A stretch of DNA of 32,823 nucleotides from an uncultured Campylobacteraceae bacterium (GCA_964566455.1 CAZMKH010000001.1:2469-35291); one strand, 5' to 3'; shown: positions 1 to 9,381, numbered from the stretch's first letter. A program made the numbers and translations. Notes: generated from the letters alone by a model not told the origin.

Positions 1-857
1 TTTTTAATTTCATTTAAAAAATAGTTACCCAAAGCTTCGGCTGCAGCAGATTTGTCTCTGTGCGCCCCCATGATAGGCTCATCTATGATATCATCTATCA
101 AGCCCAACTCTTTTAAATCTTCTGCGGTTATTTTCATAGCTTTTGTAGCTTGTTCCTGTTTTGAGGGGTCATTCCACAATATTGCCGCACACCCTTCAGG
201 AGAAATAACAGAAAATACCGAATATCTCATCATAGCAAGCCTGTCAGCAACACCGACTGCCAAAGCACCGCCGCTTCCACCTTCTCCTATGACAACAGAG
301 ATAGAAGGTGTGTTTAATCTGCTAAGCTCCAAAAGATTTCTGGCGATTGCTTCGCTTTGACCTCTCTCTTCGGCACCGATTCCCGGAAATGCACCGGGAG
401 TATCAACCAAAAAAAGTATAGGAAGCCCAAATTTTTCAGCCATTTTGGCAACTCTCAAAGCTTTTCTGTAGCCTTCAGGGTTAGGCATGCCAAAGTTTCT
501 TTTGAGTTTATACCTTGTTCCTCTTCCTTTTTGTTCGCCTATAACTACAACTTTTTCATCACCTATAAATCCGACAAAACAAACAATTGCAGGATCATCT
601 CTAAAAGCCCTGTCACCGTGAATCTCATAATAATCTTTTAAAAGTGCTCTTACATAGTCAAGTGCATAAGGGCGATCAGGATGTCTTGCAAGTTGCAGTT
701 TTTGATAGTCGCTTAGATTTTTGTATGTTTTTGAAACCTCTTTCTCCAACTCTTTTTGAAGAATTTTGACTGCTTCTGTATCATTTTTTATCTTAGCACT
801 TGTTATATCATCATCAAGTTGCTTTATTTTGCTTTCAAAATCTAAGTAAGTTGCCAC
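1..857 (-). CDS. accA: Acetyl-CoA carboxylase carboxyltransferase alpha subunit (3-prime end beyond window)
   Basis: Absent from the ORF track because it runs off the window edge. Minus-strand translation from GTG (857-855) reads (M)[104 protein letters not shown]. These are classic AccA motifs and closely resemble Campylobacter AccA as I recall it. An in-frame TAG at 863-861 (also the fabF stop) fixes GTG as the first possible start. Confidence 0.9.
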   Translation of the reverse strand, partial: MATYLDFESKIKQLDDDITSAKIKNDTEAVKILQKELEKEVSKTYKNLSDYQKLQLARHPDRPYALDYVRALLKDYYEIHGDRAFRDDPAIVCFVGFIGDEKVVVIGEQKGRGTRYKLKRNFGMPNPEGYRKALRVAKMAEKFGLPILFLVDTPGAFPGIGAEERGQSEAIARNLLELSRLNTPSISVVIGEGGSGGALAVGVADRLAMMRYSVFSVISPEGCAAILWNDPSKQEQATKAMKITAEDLKELGLIDDIIDEPIMGAHRDKSAAAEALGNYFLNEIK

Positions 858-860
858 TCT

Positions 861-2096
861 CTACTCTTCGTAATTTTTAAAAATCAAAACCCCGTTGGTT
901 CCGCCAAAACCAAAAGAGTTACTCATTACAACTTTCAAATCATACTTTCTTGCCTTGTTTGGAACATAGTCAAGGTCACAGTCAGGATCCGGAGTTTCAT
1001 AGTTTATCGTTGGAGGTATTATACCATCTCTTACAGCCATCAAAGAGATAACAGCCTCTGTTGCACCGGCAGCTCCCAGGCAGTGTCCTATTTGGCCTTT
1101 TGTTGAACTTACCAACGGAACATCATCTTTAAAAACACTCTTTATAGCCATAGTTTCATACCAGTCATTATATTTCGTGCTGGTACCATGAGCATTTACA
1201 TAATCAACCTTTGGATAACCTGCCATCTCAAGAGCTGCTTTCATAGCTCTTGCGGCACCCTCACCTTCAGGAGCGGGGGTTGTTATGTGGTTGGCATCAC
1301 CGCTCTCACCAAAACCTATAAGCTCGGCATATATTCTGGCTCCTCTTGCTTTGGCTGCTTCCAAAGACTCAAGTACCAACGCACCCGCACCCTCACCTAT
1401 AACAAAACCGTCTCTATCTTTATCAAAAGGTCTTGAAGCATGTTTTGGATCATCGTTTCTGGTGGAGAGTGCTTTCATGGCGGCAAATCCACCTACTCCT
1501 ATCTCGCATATTGCAGCTTCAGCTCCAACTACAAGCATTCTGTCAGCTCCACCAAGCATTATAGTCTTGGCTGCTTCGCTGACTGCATGGGTACTTGCAG
1601 CACATGCTGTAACTGAAGATAGATTCGGACCTTTAAGTTTATGTTCGATGGATACAAAACCGCCAAGCATATTAACCAAAGCTGAAGGTATAAAAAACGG
1701 GGATATTCTTCTTGGTCCTCTTTCATGTGCAGTGATAGCATTTTTTTCTATATTTGTAAGCCCACCGATACCTGAAGCGGCACTGATACCAAATCTTTCA
1801 CTGTTATACTCTTTAAAACCGGCATCATCCATAGCCTCTTTGGCGGCTTTTAAACCAAGCTGTATAAATCTGTCAGCTTTTTTTACATCTTTTGGATTCA
1901 TAACTGTTTTAGGGTCAAAGTCGGTAATCTCACCGGCAATCTTTACAGAGTGTTTTTCTGTATCAAACAAACTAATTCTTTTAATACCACATTCTCCATT
2001 TACAATGGCCTTAAAAGAACTCTCTTTATCCAACCCTACCGAATTTATCATCCCTAATCCAGTTACAACAACTCTTTTCAAAAAATACCCCTTCAT
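861..2096 (-). CDS. fabF: 3-oxoacyl-[ACP] synthase II (KAS II)
   Basis: The 411-aa ORF carries KRVVVTGLG, the active-site region SVTACAAS, NAHGTSTKYND and GHCLGAAGATEA, ending FGFGGTNG. The annotated ATG at 2096 has no Shine-Dalgarno. A TTG at 2081 is preceded by AAGGGG and would give the typical MKRVVVTGLG N-terminus, so the true start may be 2081. Confidence 0.95.
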   Translation of the reverse strand: MKGYFLKRVVVTGLGMINSVGLDKESSFKAIVNGECGIKRISLFDTEKHSVKIAGEITDFDPKTVMNPKDVKKADRFIQLGLKAAKEAMDDAGFKEYNSERFGISAASGIGGLTNIEKNAITAHERGPRRISPFFIPSALVNMLGGFVSIEHKLKGPNLSSVTACAASTHAVSEAAKTIMLGGADRMLVVGAEAAICEIGVGGFAAMKALSTRNDDPKHASRPFDKDRDGFVIGEGAGALVLESLEAAKARGARIYAELIGFGESGDANHITTPAPEGEGAARAMKAALEMAGYPKVDYVNAHGTSTKYNDWYETMAIKSVFKDDVPLVSSTKGQIGHCLGAAGATEAVISLMAVRDGIIPPTINYETPDPDCDLDYVPNKARKYDLKVVMSNSFGFGGTNGVLIFKNYEE

Positions 2097-2103
2097 TTAA
2101 TTT

Positions 2104-2136
2104 ATACCGCATCCGTCAATACAACAGATGCGGTAT
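2104..2136 (-). promoter_or_regulatory. Perfect 10-bp inverted repeat (stem-loop) in the acpP-fabF intergenic region
   Basis: ATACCGCATC (2104-2113) and GATGCGGTAT (2127-2136) are separated by a 13-nt loop. On the minus strand the stem is not followed by a U-run. A partial terminator, attenuator or RNA-processing site between acpP and fabF is therefore more plausible than a strong intrinsic terminator. Confidence 0.35.
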
Positions 2137-2147
2137 TTATAAAATTT

Positions 2148-2378
2148 TTATTTATTGTTTTCTATATATTTTATAGCATCACCAACTGTTACGATAGATT
2201 CTGCATCACTGTCAGGAATTTCTATATCAAACTTCTCTTCAAGTGCCATTACAAGCTCAACAACATCAAGTGAATCTGCTCCCAAATCTTCAACAAATTT
2301 AGAATCTTCTTTTACTTCATCAGGGTTTACATTAAGCTGCTCTACAACAACCTCTTTAACCTCATCAATTAACGCCAT
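2148..2378 (-). CDS. acpP: Acyl carrier protein
   Basis: [44 protein letters not shown] contains the DSLD phosphopantetheine attachment motif. The ATG at 2378 is preceded by AAGGAG at good spacing. The TTG at 2393 in the track is probably spurious. Confidence 0.95.
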   Translation of the reverse strand: MALIDEVKEVVVEQLNVNPDEVKEDSKFVEDLGADSLDVVELVMALEEKFDIEIPDSDAESIVTVGDAIKYIENNK

Positions 2379-2439
2379 TATATTCTCCTTCAAAAAATTT
2401 GTAACATTCTATCAAAAAAAAGATTAAATTACAAAATAT

Positions 2440-3183
2440 TTACATTAACATCCCGCCGTTTACCCTTAATGTTTCTCCTGTTATATACGCCGCACTGTCA
2501 CTTAGCAAAAATGCTACAGCCTCAGCTACATCTTTAGGCTCTCCAAACTTTTTAAGAGGGATTTTGTCTATATAACTCTGCTTTATCTCATCGCTTAGTT
2601 TATCGGTCATATCAGTTGCAATAAATCCGGGAGTTACTGCATTGAACCTGATGCCTCTGCTTGCACCTTCCAGCGCAAAGCTTTTTGTCATAGCAATCAG
2701 TCCGCCTTTTGATGCACTGTAGTTTACCTGTCCGGCATTGCCGCTTTCTCCTACTATGGAAGAGATATTTACAATTGAGCCAAATCTTTTTTTATTCATC
2801 AGCTTCAAAGCTTCTCTGCATCCTACAAAGGCTGAAGTTAGATTGGCTTCAATAACTTTTGAAAACTCTTCGGTTTTCATTCTGATAGCAAGTTTGTCCA
2901 GGGTGATACCTGCATTATTGACAAGATAAGAAAGCTCCCCGTCACTGTCAACTATCACCTTGATACCCTCTTTAAAAGCATCTTCATCAGTTATGTCAAA
3001 CTTGACAACAGCGGCACTTCCTCCGTTTGAAACAATTTCGTCCATCAATTCATCAGCCGGATTTGGGTCACTTCTGTAATTTATCCATACTTTTAGGCCA
3101 TAACCTGCCAAAACTAAAGCTATGTCTCTGCCTATACCTCTACTGGCACCCGTAACAAGTACATTTTTTCCACTAAATTTCAT
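2440..3183 (-). CDS. fabG: 3-oxoacyl-[ACP] reductase (SDR family)
   Basis: The 247-aa ORF has TGASRGIGR (cofactor-binding glycine motif), NNAG and the catalytic YSASK motif. It sits in a fabG-acpP-fabF-accA cluster. The RBS AGGGAG lies upstream of the ATG. Confidence 0.95.
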   Translation of the reverse strand: MKFSGKNVLVTGASRGIGRDIALVLAGYGLKVWINYRSDPNPADELMDEIVSNGGSAAVVKFDITDEDAFKEGIKVIVDSDGELSYLVNNAGITLDKLAIRMKTEEFSKVIEANLTSAFVGCREALKLMNKKRFGSIVNISSIVGESGNAGQVNYSASKGGLIAMTKSFALEGASRGIRFNAVTPGFIATDMTDKLSDEIKQSYIDKIPLKKFGEPKDVAEAVAFLLSDSAAYITGETLRVNGGMLM

Positions 3184-3197
3184 AAAACTCCCTTCAT

Positions 3198-3295
3198 TCG
3201 TAACTCGTAACTCGTGATTAGTGATTAGTGATTAGGGTTTCTAAATCCTAAATCCTAAATCCTAAATCCTAAAACCTAAAACCTAAAACCTATTT
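3198..3295. repeat. Phase-locked array of 14 heptanucleotide units (four related tandem 7-mers)
   Basis: Read directly, all in one 7-nt register: TCGTAAC x2, TCGTGAT, TAGTGAT x2, TAGGGTT, TCTAAAT, CCTAAAT x3, CCTAAAA x3, CCTATTT. The array fills the gap between the gpmI stop (3295) and the fabG start (3183). Confidence 0.9.
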
Positions 3296-4785
3296 TAAAA
3301 CAGCGGTTCATCCATCTCTTTTGGAATTTGCAGTCCCATAAGCTTTAAAACCGTTGGGGCTATATTACTTAAGCCTCCGTTTTTTATCTTTTTTACATCT
3401 TTGTCCACTACAAAACAAAAAACATCTAAAGTTGTATGGTTTGTTAAAATATTTCCATTTTTATCTTTCATCATTTCCACATTTCCATGGTCACTTGTCA
3501 ACACAATAGAGTACTCTTTCTCTTTTGACTTTTCTAAAATTCTTCCTATTTCGTTATCAACCGCTTCGACTGCTTTTATGCCTGCTTCATAAACTCCTGT
3601 ATGGCCTACCATATCACCATTGGCAAAATTGACCACTATAAAGTCATACTCTTCATCCATCGCTTTTAGCACGGCATTGCCTACTTTATGCGCACTCATT
3701 CTGGGATGCATATCATATGTTGGAACTTTCGGGCTTGGCACTAACACTCTAGTCTCATTCACCAAAGGCTCTTCAACGCCTCCGTTAAAAAAGAAAGTAA
3801 CATGAGCATATTTTTCTGTTTCAGCAGTATGAAATTGGTTCAAATCATTTTCGGCTATCACTTCGCCCAGGATATTTTTCGGTTTTTCACTTTTAAAAAG
3901 TATGGGAAACGGATACTCTTTGTCATACTCTGTCATGGTTGCAGCATTTACTTTGACATACTTTTCCCTATCAAACTCTTCAAATTTTTCAAAACCTATG
4001 GCTTTTGCAATCTCTCTCATCCTGTCGTTTCTAAAATTGGTAAAAATTACTCCGTCATTCTCTTTTAAACCTTCATACCACTTACAGGCAACAGGCTCTA
4101 TAAATTCATCGGTTATATTTTTTTGGTATGACTCTTTAATATACTCTTCACAGGAGAGCTTTGTTTTTGGTTTTGCCAAAACTATCGCATCATAACCTTT
4201 TTTTACCCTGTCCCATCTATTGTCTCTGTCCATTGTATAGTATCTACCTGAAATGGTAGCTATCTTGATATCGTTATCACAGATATCTTCCAACTCTTTT
4301 AGATAGTTGATACTTGATCTAGGATCAACATCTCTACCGTCGGTTATCATATGGATATATACTTTTTTCCCTCTGCTTTTAGCTATTTTGGCAAGCGCTA
4401 CAGTATGCTTTATGTGAGAATGTACTCCTCCATCACTGATGAGTCCTATCAAATGAATATCACCGCTTTTTTGTAAAATATCATTTAAAACAGGGTTTTT
4501 TTCGATAGAGCCATCCTCAATGGCTTTTGAAATCTTTACAAGATTTTGATACAAAACTCTACCGCTTCCTATGGTCATATGCCCAACTTCACTGTTGCCC
4601 ATCTGACCTTCGGGCAAACCTACCGCAAGTCCTGAAGTTTTAACCAAAGAGTATGGAGTATTTTCAAAGAGATAATTGTATGTCGGTTTTATCGCTTCGC
4701 AAAAAGCATTGTATTTGCAGGAGTTGTTAAAACCGATACCATCGGTTATAATAAGAACAACTTTTTTATATTTATTTTTATTCAC
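3295..4785 (-). CDS. gpmI: 2,3-bisphosphoglycerate-independent phosphoglycerate mutase
   Basis: The 496-aa ORF has VVLIITDGIG, NSEVGHMTIGSGR, LISDGGVHSH, ITDGRDV, NFANGDMVGHTG and LTSDHGN, the metal-binding and catalytic motifs of iPGM. Confidence 0.93.
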   Translation of the reverse strand: MNKNKYKKVVLIITDGIGFNNSCKYNAFCEAIKPTYNYLFENTPYSLVKTSGLAVGLPEGQMGNSEVGHMTIGSGRVLYQNLVKISKAIEDGSIEKNPVLNDILQKSGDIHLIGLISDGGVHSHIKHTVALAKIAKSRGKKVYIHMITDGRDVDPRSSINYLKELEDICDNDIKIATISGRYYTMDRDNRWDRVKKGYDAIVLAKPKTKLSCEEYIKESYQKNITDEFIEPVACKWYEGLKENDGVIFTNFRNDRMREIAKAIGFEKFEEFDREKYVKVNAATMTEYDKEYPFPILFKSEKPKNILGEVIAENDLNQFHTAETEKYAHVTFFFNGGVEEPLVNETRVLVPSPKVPTYDMHPRMSAHKVGNAVLKAMDEEYDFIVVNFANGDMVGHTGVYEAGIKAVEAVDNEIGRILEKSKEKEYSIVLTSDHGNVEMMKDKNGNILTNHTTLDVFCFVVDKDVKKIKNGGLSNIAPTVLKLMGLQIPKEMDEPLF

Positions 4786-4866
4786 TTTTGCTGCCTTAAA
4801 CTGTTTTATAGAGATATTTTACTATAATATCCCTTTTAATGTACTTATCTTCTTTAGGATTTATTA

Positions 4867-5931
4867 ATGCTTTATTTAATTTATGAATATCTACATATCA
4901 ATCTTTTTCATTATATTACACTAAGAGCCGGTATAGCTTTTTTTATAGGTTTTATTTTAACGCTTTACATGATGCCCAAGTTTATAAAATGGGCGGCTTC
5001 CCAAAAACTCAATCAGCCTATTTTTGACTTGGCCCCCGGAACTCATCAAAAAAAGGGAGGCACTCCTACAATGGGTGGAGTTGTATTTACCGCTTCGACA
5101 CTTTTTGCGACACTGCTTACAGTCAAGCTTACAAATATATATGCCATTATAGGGATACTTACCATACTCTTTTTTTCACTCATCGGAGCAAAGGATGACA
5201 TATCAAAGATAGTAGGCAAAACAAATGACTCGGGGCTAAAGCCAAAAACAAAATTTGCTTTACAAATTCTTTTTTCTTTTATCATATCTTTGATGCTCTA
5301 TTTATTAACCAACCTCAATCACAGCCTTTATATACCTTTTTACAAATATCCGCTTTTTGATATGTCTGTTTTTGCGATAGCTTTTTGGATGCTTGTTATG
5401 ATTTCTACAAGCAATGCCGTAAACCTGACTGACGGTTTGGACGGACTTGCAACAGTACCGTCTGTATTTAGCTTTTTAAGTCTTGGTGTTTTTGTTTATA
5501 TAAGCGGTAATGCGATTCTTAGCAGTCACTTTTTACTCCCAAAAGTCAGTGGTGTGGGTGAAGTATCTATCATTGCGGCAGCTTTTGTAGGCTCGTTAAT
5601 TGGTTTTTTATGGTACAACTGTCACCCTGCGGAAATTTTTATGGGTGATAGCGGAAGTCTTAGTATCGGTGCTTTTATGGGGTATATGGCAATCATTTCT
5701 AAAAATGAGATACTGCTTATCATCATAGGTTTTATTTTCGTACTTGAAACACTTTCAGTGATTCTTCAAGTAGGGAGTTTTAAAACCAGAAAAAAAAGAA
5801 TTTTTCATATGGCACCTTTACATCACCATTTTGAGATACACGGTTGGGCTGAAAGCAAGATAATAGTTAGGTTTTGGATAATTGCGCTCATTGCCAATAT
5901 AATTGCACTTATAACTATAAAAATAAGGTAA
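4867..5931 (+). CDS. mraY: Phospho-N-acetylmuramoyl-pentapeptide transferase
   Basis: The 354-aa polytopic membrane ORF has [33 protein letters not shown] and APLHHHFE motifs. Confidence 0.95.
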   Translation: MLYLIYEYLHINLFHYITLRAGIAFFIGFILTLYMMPKFIKWAASQKLNQPIFDLAPGTHQKKGGTPTMGGVVFTASTLFATLLTVKLTNIYAIIGILTILFFSLIGAKDDISKIVGKTNDSGLKPKTKFALQILFSFIISLMLYLLTNLNHSLYIPFYKYPLFDMSVFAIAFWMLVMISTSNAVNLTDGLDGLATVPSVFSFLSLGVFVYISGNAILSSHFLLPKVSGVGEVSIIAAAFVGSLIGFLWYNCHPAEIFMGDSGSLSIGAFMGYMAIISKNEILLIIIGFIFVLETLSVILQVGSFKTRKKRIFHMAPLHHHFEIHGWAESKIIVRFWIIALIANIIALITIKIR

Positions 5932-5934
5932 GAA

Positions 5935-7134
5935 ATGACAGAAATTTCACTTTTTGGATATGGAAAAACCACCAAAGCCATAGTCGACAGGATAAAGAAT
6001 TGTAAAATTTTTGATGACAGTGTTGAAAAAACTATACAAAAAGATGGACATACTATATATCCTTCATATATGTTCGATCCCGAAAAAAGCTCACTTGAGA
6101 TACCAAGCCCAGGTATTCCCCCATATAACAAAATGATAAAAAAAGCTAAAAATCTTGTAAGTGATTATGACTTTTTTTTGGGAAATAAAAACAACAGCCT
6201 TTCTATCTGGGTAAGCGGAACAAACGGTAAAACAACAACTACAAAAATGCTGGGACATCTTTTGAAAGATAAAGGAGGAGTTACAGGAGGAAATGTAGGT
6301 ACGCCTCTGGCAGACTTAAAAGAAAGTGATATTTACATACTTGAGACCAGTTCATACACTTTGCACTACACAAACATAGCAAAACCGAACATTTATCTGC
6401 TTTTACCTCTTAGTGATGATCATATAAGCTGGCATGGAAGTTTTGAAGAGTATAAAAATGCCAAACTAAAACCTCTGAAATTTTTAAAAGAGGGAGAAGT
6501 CATTATCTTGCCAAAAGAGTATGAAAATACTGAAACGAACGGATACAAGATAAGCTACAAAGACGGAAAAGATTTGGCACAGTTTTTTGATATAGATTTA
6601 AAAAAAGTAAATTTCAAAGAGCCTTTTTTGCTGGATGCAGTTATGGCTCTTGGAATTACAAAGATACTTTTTGACGAAATTGATTATGACAAGATAAACT
6701 CATTCAAGATAGACCCTCACAGACTCGAAGAGATAAAAGACAGTAAAAACAGACTTTGGGTAAATGACTCTAAAGGAACAAATATCCATGCAACTTTGCA
6801 TGCCATACAAAGATACAAAGATAAAAAGATTTATCTTATTCTCGGCGGTGATGATAAAGGAGCTGATATGTCATCACTTTTTAAAGAGCTTAAGGAGTTA
6901 AATGTCATCATTTATGCAACAGGAAGCAATAAAGAGAAGATAGCCGACTTATCAAAAGAGATAAAAAAAGAAATCATAAAATTTGACAATCTAAAAGATA
7001 TCATTCATGATATTGATAATTTTTTGCAAACAAATGAGGTAGCTCTGCTCTCACCTGCCGCTTCAAGCTTGGATGAATACCCCTCTTATAAAGTCAGAGG
7101 TGAGCTTTTTAAAAAATTAGTTTATGAGTTATAG
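5935..7134 (+). CDS. murD: UDP-N-acetylmuramoylalanine--D-glutamate ligase
   Basis: The 399-aa ORF lies immediately after mraY. It has the Mur ligase P-loop GTNGKTTT, plus DSKGTN and LLSPAASSLDEY near the C-terminus. Confidence 0.88.
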   Translation: MTEISLFGYGKTTKAIVDRIKNCKIFDDSVEKTIQKDGHTIYPSYMFDPEKSSLEIPSPGIPPYNKMIKKAKNLVSDYDFFLGNKNNSLSIWVSGTNGKTTTTKMLGHLLKDKGGVTGGNVGTPLADLKESDIYILETSSYTLHYTNIAKPNIYLLLPLSDDHISWHGSFEEYKNAKLKPLKFLKEGEVIILPKEYENTETNGYKISYKDGKDLAQFFDIDLKKVNFKEPFLLDAVMALGITKILFDEIDYDKINSFKIDPHRLEEIKDSKNRLWVNDSKGTNIHATLHAIQRYKDKKIYLILGGDDKGADMSSLFKELKELNVIIYATGSNKEKIADLSKEIKKEIIKFDNLKDIIHDIDNFLQTNEVALLSPAASSLDEYPSYKVRGELFKKLVYEL

Positions 7135-7164
7135 GATTTTAAGTTATTTTTTAAAACTTTTAGC

Positions 7165-7170
7165 TATAAT
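7165..7170 (+). promoter_or_regulatory. Candidate -10 box (TATAAT) for the tRNA-Phe gene
   Basis: TAGCTATAAT lies 17 nt upstream of the mature tRNA 5-prime end in a T-rich context. There is no clear -35, which is usual for this phylum. The call rests on sequence pattern only. Confidence 0.3.
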
Positions 7171-7186
7171 TTCATTTCCATAATTT

Positions 7187-7262
7187 GGCCAGATAGCTCA
7201 GTCGGTAGAGCAGGTGACTGAAAATCACCGTGTCGGCGGTTCGATTCCGTCTCTGGCCACCA
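7187..7262 (+). tRNA. tRNA-Phe (anticodon GAA), CCA encoded
   Basis: The cloverleaf was folded by hand. Acceptor stem GGCCAGA/TCTGGCC, D stem GCTC/GAGC, anticodon stem GGTGA/TCACC with loop CTGAAAA (GAA), T arm GGCGG-TTCGATT-CCGTC, discriminator A, then CCA. Total 76 nt. Confidence 0.97.
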
Positions 7263-7367
7263 CCCATCCATTCAATATTACTTAAAATTTTTCTATTTCC
7301 CCCCACTAAAACTTAATTTAAACCAAAAAAGAGTAGAATTTTACAAAATATTCTACAAAGTGAAATT

Positions 7368-8753
7368 ATGGTAAGAAATAGAATCACAGAAGAGACTGCT
7401 TTATTTGCAAGTGTGGCAAAATGGTTATTTTATTCGACTATCATAGGATTGGTTGTTGGTGCCGGTGTTTCACTCTTTTTAAAAATAATAGAGTATTTTA
7501 TTGACAGGCAGGGACTCTTACCTTTTCACTACTATTTTTTACTGCCTTTTGCACTTTTAAGCTCAGTTTATCTTGTCAAAAAATTTGCCCCTGATGCCGA
7601 AGGACACGGAACAGAAAAAGTCATACAGGCAATTCATGAAAAAAACGGAAAAATTGATGTTGCAGTAATTCCGGTAAAAGTTTTGGCAACTATCATCACC
7701 ATAGCTGCAGGGGGCTCAGTAGGTAAAGAAGGACCCAGTGCCCAGATAGGTGCGGGTGTCGCCTCACTGTTTGCCTCTTTTTTAAAATTTAGCGATGAAG
7801 ACAGAAAGGCTATCGTCATTTGCGGTATCAGTGCGGGTTTTGCCGCAGTTTTCGGTACTCCGATAGCAGGAGCGGTATTTGGTGTGGAAGTTTTGATAGT
7901 GGGCTCTATTTTATACAGCGTGCTTTTGCCATCATTTATAGCGGGTTTTGCAGCTTATCTGGTATCTCAGACTATGGGAACTCCATATATTGAATTTCAT
8001 TTTAATTTTTTTCCAAAATATGGACTTGATGAATTGCTTTTTGCAAAAGTCGTCATTGCAGGTATCTTATTTGGTCTAATATCTGATCTTACCATTACAA
8101 TTGTTCATGCTATAGGACACTGGGTAAAAAAAGAGCTTGTAATGGGGTATGTAAAAAAAACCTTTATAGGTGGTTTTTTTCTTATAGGGCTTGCTTTGAT
8201 GTTTGGCGATCAATATCTCGGTCTTGGAATGCAACAAATCGCAAACAGCATAAACAACCCCACAGGAGGCGGGGTTCATTGGTATGACTTTTTTTTAAAA
8301 ATTATCTTTACTGGTCTCAGCCTTGGTTTTGGAGGAAGCGGAGGAGTTATAACACCTCTGTTTTTTATAGGCTCTACCAGTGGAAATGCCATAGGACATC
8401 TTTTAAACGGCAATATACAGTTTTTTGCCGCCATAGGACTTGTCAGTATCATCGCAGGAGCAGCCAATACTCCCATAGCAGCAGCCATTATGGCACTGGA
8501 GCTTTTTGGCATCCAGTCAGCTCACTATGCGGCAATATCAGGCATCATTTCATATCTTATAACAGGACACAGAAGTATATACCCATCTCAAATACTTGCT
8601 TTTAAAAAGTCTCAATTTTTAGAAGTACCTACGGGTCACGATATGGAGCATACACGAGTAGAAGGTACCAAGTCGGTAACTCTGAACAAACTTAGAGAAA
8701 GATGGCAAAAAAACAAGGGACTAAAAGAGACTCCAAAAGAGCCTAAAGAGTAA
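7368..8753 (+). CDS. ClC family (voltage-gated chloride channel / H+-anion antiporter type) membrane protein
   Basis: The 461-aa polytopic ORF has GKEGPSAQIG (the GxEGP gating-glutamate motif). GHGTEKV occupies the position of the GSGIPE motif and GGVITPLFFIG the position of GxFxP. Confidence 0.85.
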   Translation: MVRNRITEETALFASVAKWLFYSTIIGLVVGAGVSLFLKIIEYFIDRQGLLPFHYYFLLPFALLSSVYLVKKFAPDAEGHGTEKVIQAIHEKNGKIDVAVIPVKVLATIITIAAGGSVGKEGPSAQIGAGVASLFASFLKFSDEDRKAIVICGISAGFAAVFGTPIAGAVFGVEVLIVGSILYSVLLPSFIAGFAAYLVSQTMGTPYIEFHFNFFPKYGLDELLFAKVVIAGILFGLISDLTITIVHAIGHWVKKELVMGYVKKTFIGGFFLIGLALMFGDQYLGLGMQQIANSINNPTGGGVHWYDFFLKIIFTGLSLGFGGSGGVITPLFFIGSTSGNAIGHLLNGNIQFFAAIGLVSIIAGAANTPIAAAIMALELFGIQSAHYAAISGIISYLITGHRSIYPSQILAFKKSQFLEVPTGHDMEHTRVEGTKSVTLNKLRERWQKNKGLKETPKEPKE

Positions 8754-9381
8754 TAGCGTTTCTTATCTCTTTGTAATTTGGAAATATTTTAGCCACTTCT
8801 TCCCAAAATAGGTGGGAATGGTTTTTGTGCTTTATGTGAGCCAATTCATGGACAATCACATAGTCTATCTCATTAAACGTCAACTTTGCAAGCATTGTAT
8901 TGAAAGTCAAAATATCCTTATAAGAGCAGCTGCCCAGTCTTCTTTTCATTTTTCTGAATTTTATCTCTTTTGGAAACAGTGACATTTTTTGACTGTAATA
9001 TTCAACTCTTAGAGCAATATACTGCTCTAACTCTTTTTTGTAAAATCTTTCTACAGCTTTTTGTGGATTTAAATGAAGTTTGCTGTGATAAAGTATAGTT
9101 TTACCGTCAAAGCTTATACTTTCTTTTTTACCTGTTGCGTTCAAAAGTGTATACTTTTGACCATAGAAATATACATGACCTTCATTTTTATAGAGATTGT
9201 CTTTTTTTGACTTCAAGGCATTTTTTGCTTTGGCTTTTTCTATCCACTCTTTTTTATCCTCCAAAACCTTTAAAGCCTCTTTTTCCATCTTTTTTGAACT
9301 GGTCAATATGACATTGTTATCTTTGTCTACTTTGATATATATATGTTTGATGTTTGGTTTAATGATATGGATATATTTCAT
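8743..9381 (-). CDS. YgjP-like (DUF45 / M48-type) zinc metallohydrolase
   Basis: The 212-aa ORF has a C-terminal HELAHIKHKNHSHLFW (HExxH followed by a distal His), as in the YgjP/SprT-like family. Its 3-prime end overlaps the convergent ClC gene by 11 nt. Confidence 0.75.
   Translation of the reverse strand: MKYIHIIKPNIKHIYIKVDKDNNVILTSSKKMEKEALKVLEDKKEWIEKAKAKNALKSKKDNLYKNEGHVYFYGQKYTLLNATGKKESISFDGKTILYHSKLHLNPQKAVERFYKKELEQYIALRVEYYSQKMSLFPKEIKFRKMKRRLGSCSYKDILTFNTMLAKLTFNEIDYVIVHELAHIKHKNHSHLFWEEVAKIFPNYKEIRNAITL

Noticed and set aside
52-641. Two plus-strand ORFs (102 aa and 94 aa) listed in the track at the left edge
   Set aside because: They lie antisense to a minus-strand reading frame that translates into an unmistakable AccA sequence. 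Their own products are low-complexity and carry no motifs. They are shadow ORFs.
1285-2100. 271-aa plus-strand ORF (and 1188-1436) overlapping fabF
   Set aside because: It lies entirely antisense to a strongly supported fabF. The Ala/Ser/Pro-rich product is typical of the reverse frame of a relatively GC-rich gene. I apply the same reasoning to the other internal antisense ORFs: 2155-2427, 2738-2929, 3401-4195, 5046-5285, 5823-6131, 7634-8512, 9197-9445, 9573-10382, 12085-12315, 13982-14185, 14436-15306, 15967-16320, 16653-16856, 17877-18149, 20402-20972, 24757-24993, 26771-26971, 28027-28467, 28799-29255 and 29717-29908.
3198-3295. Heptamer array as a CRISPR array or telomere-like repeat (TTAGGG/TTTAGGG appears once, at 3233-3239)
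   Set aside because: The units are 7 nt, contiguous and without spacers, so this is not a CRISPR array. The single TTAGGG(TTT) match is one transitional unit in a bacterial intergenic microsatellite. There is no evidence of a linear replicon end.
7187-7262. tRNA-Phe as the integration site of a genomic island
   Set aside because: No integrase gene lies next to it. I noticed no duplicated copy of the tRNA 3-prime end elsewhere in the window. The genes following it are ordinary housekeeping-type functions, and the alginate-type block starts 7 kb away.
7263-7367. Possible fluoride (crcB-type) riboswitch or other leader upstream of the ClC gene, including the GTAGAAT/ATTCTAC inverted repeat at 7333-7356
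   Set aside because: I could not find the conserved fluoride-riboswitch core as I remember it. The protein keeps the canonical GKEGP motif rather than CLC-F-type features. The 7-bp AT-rich stem is weak and may simply be promoter-region sequence.
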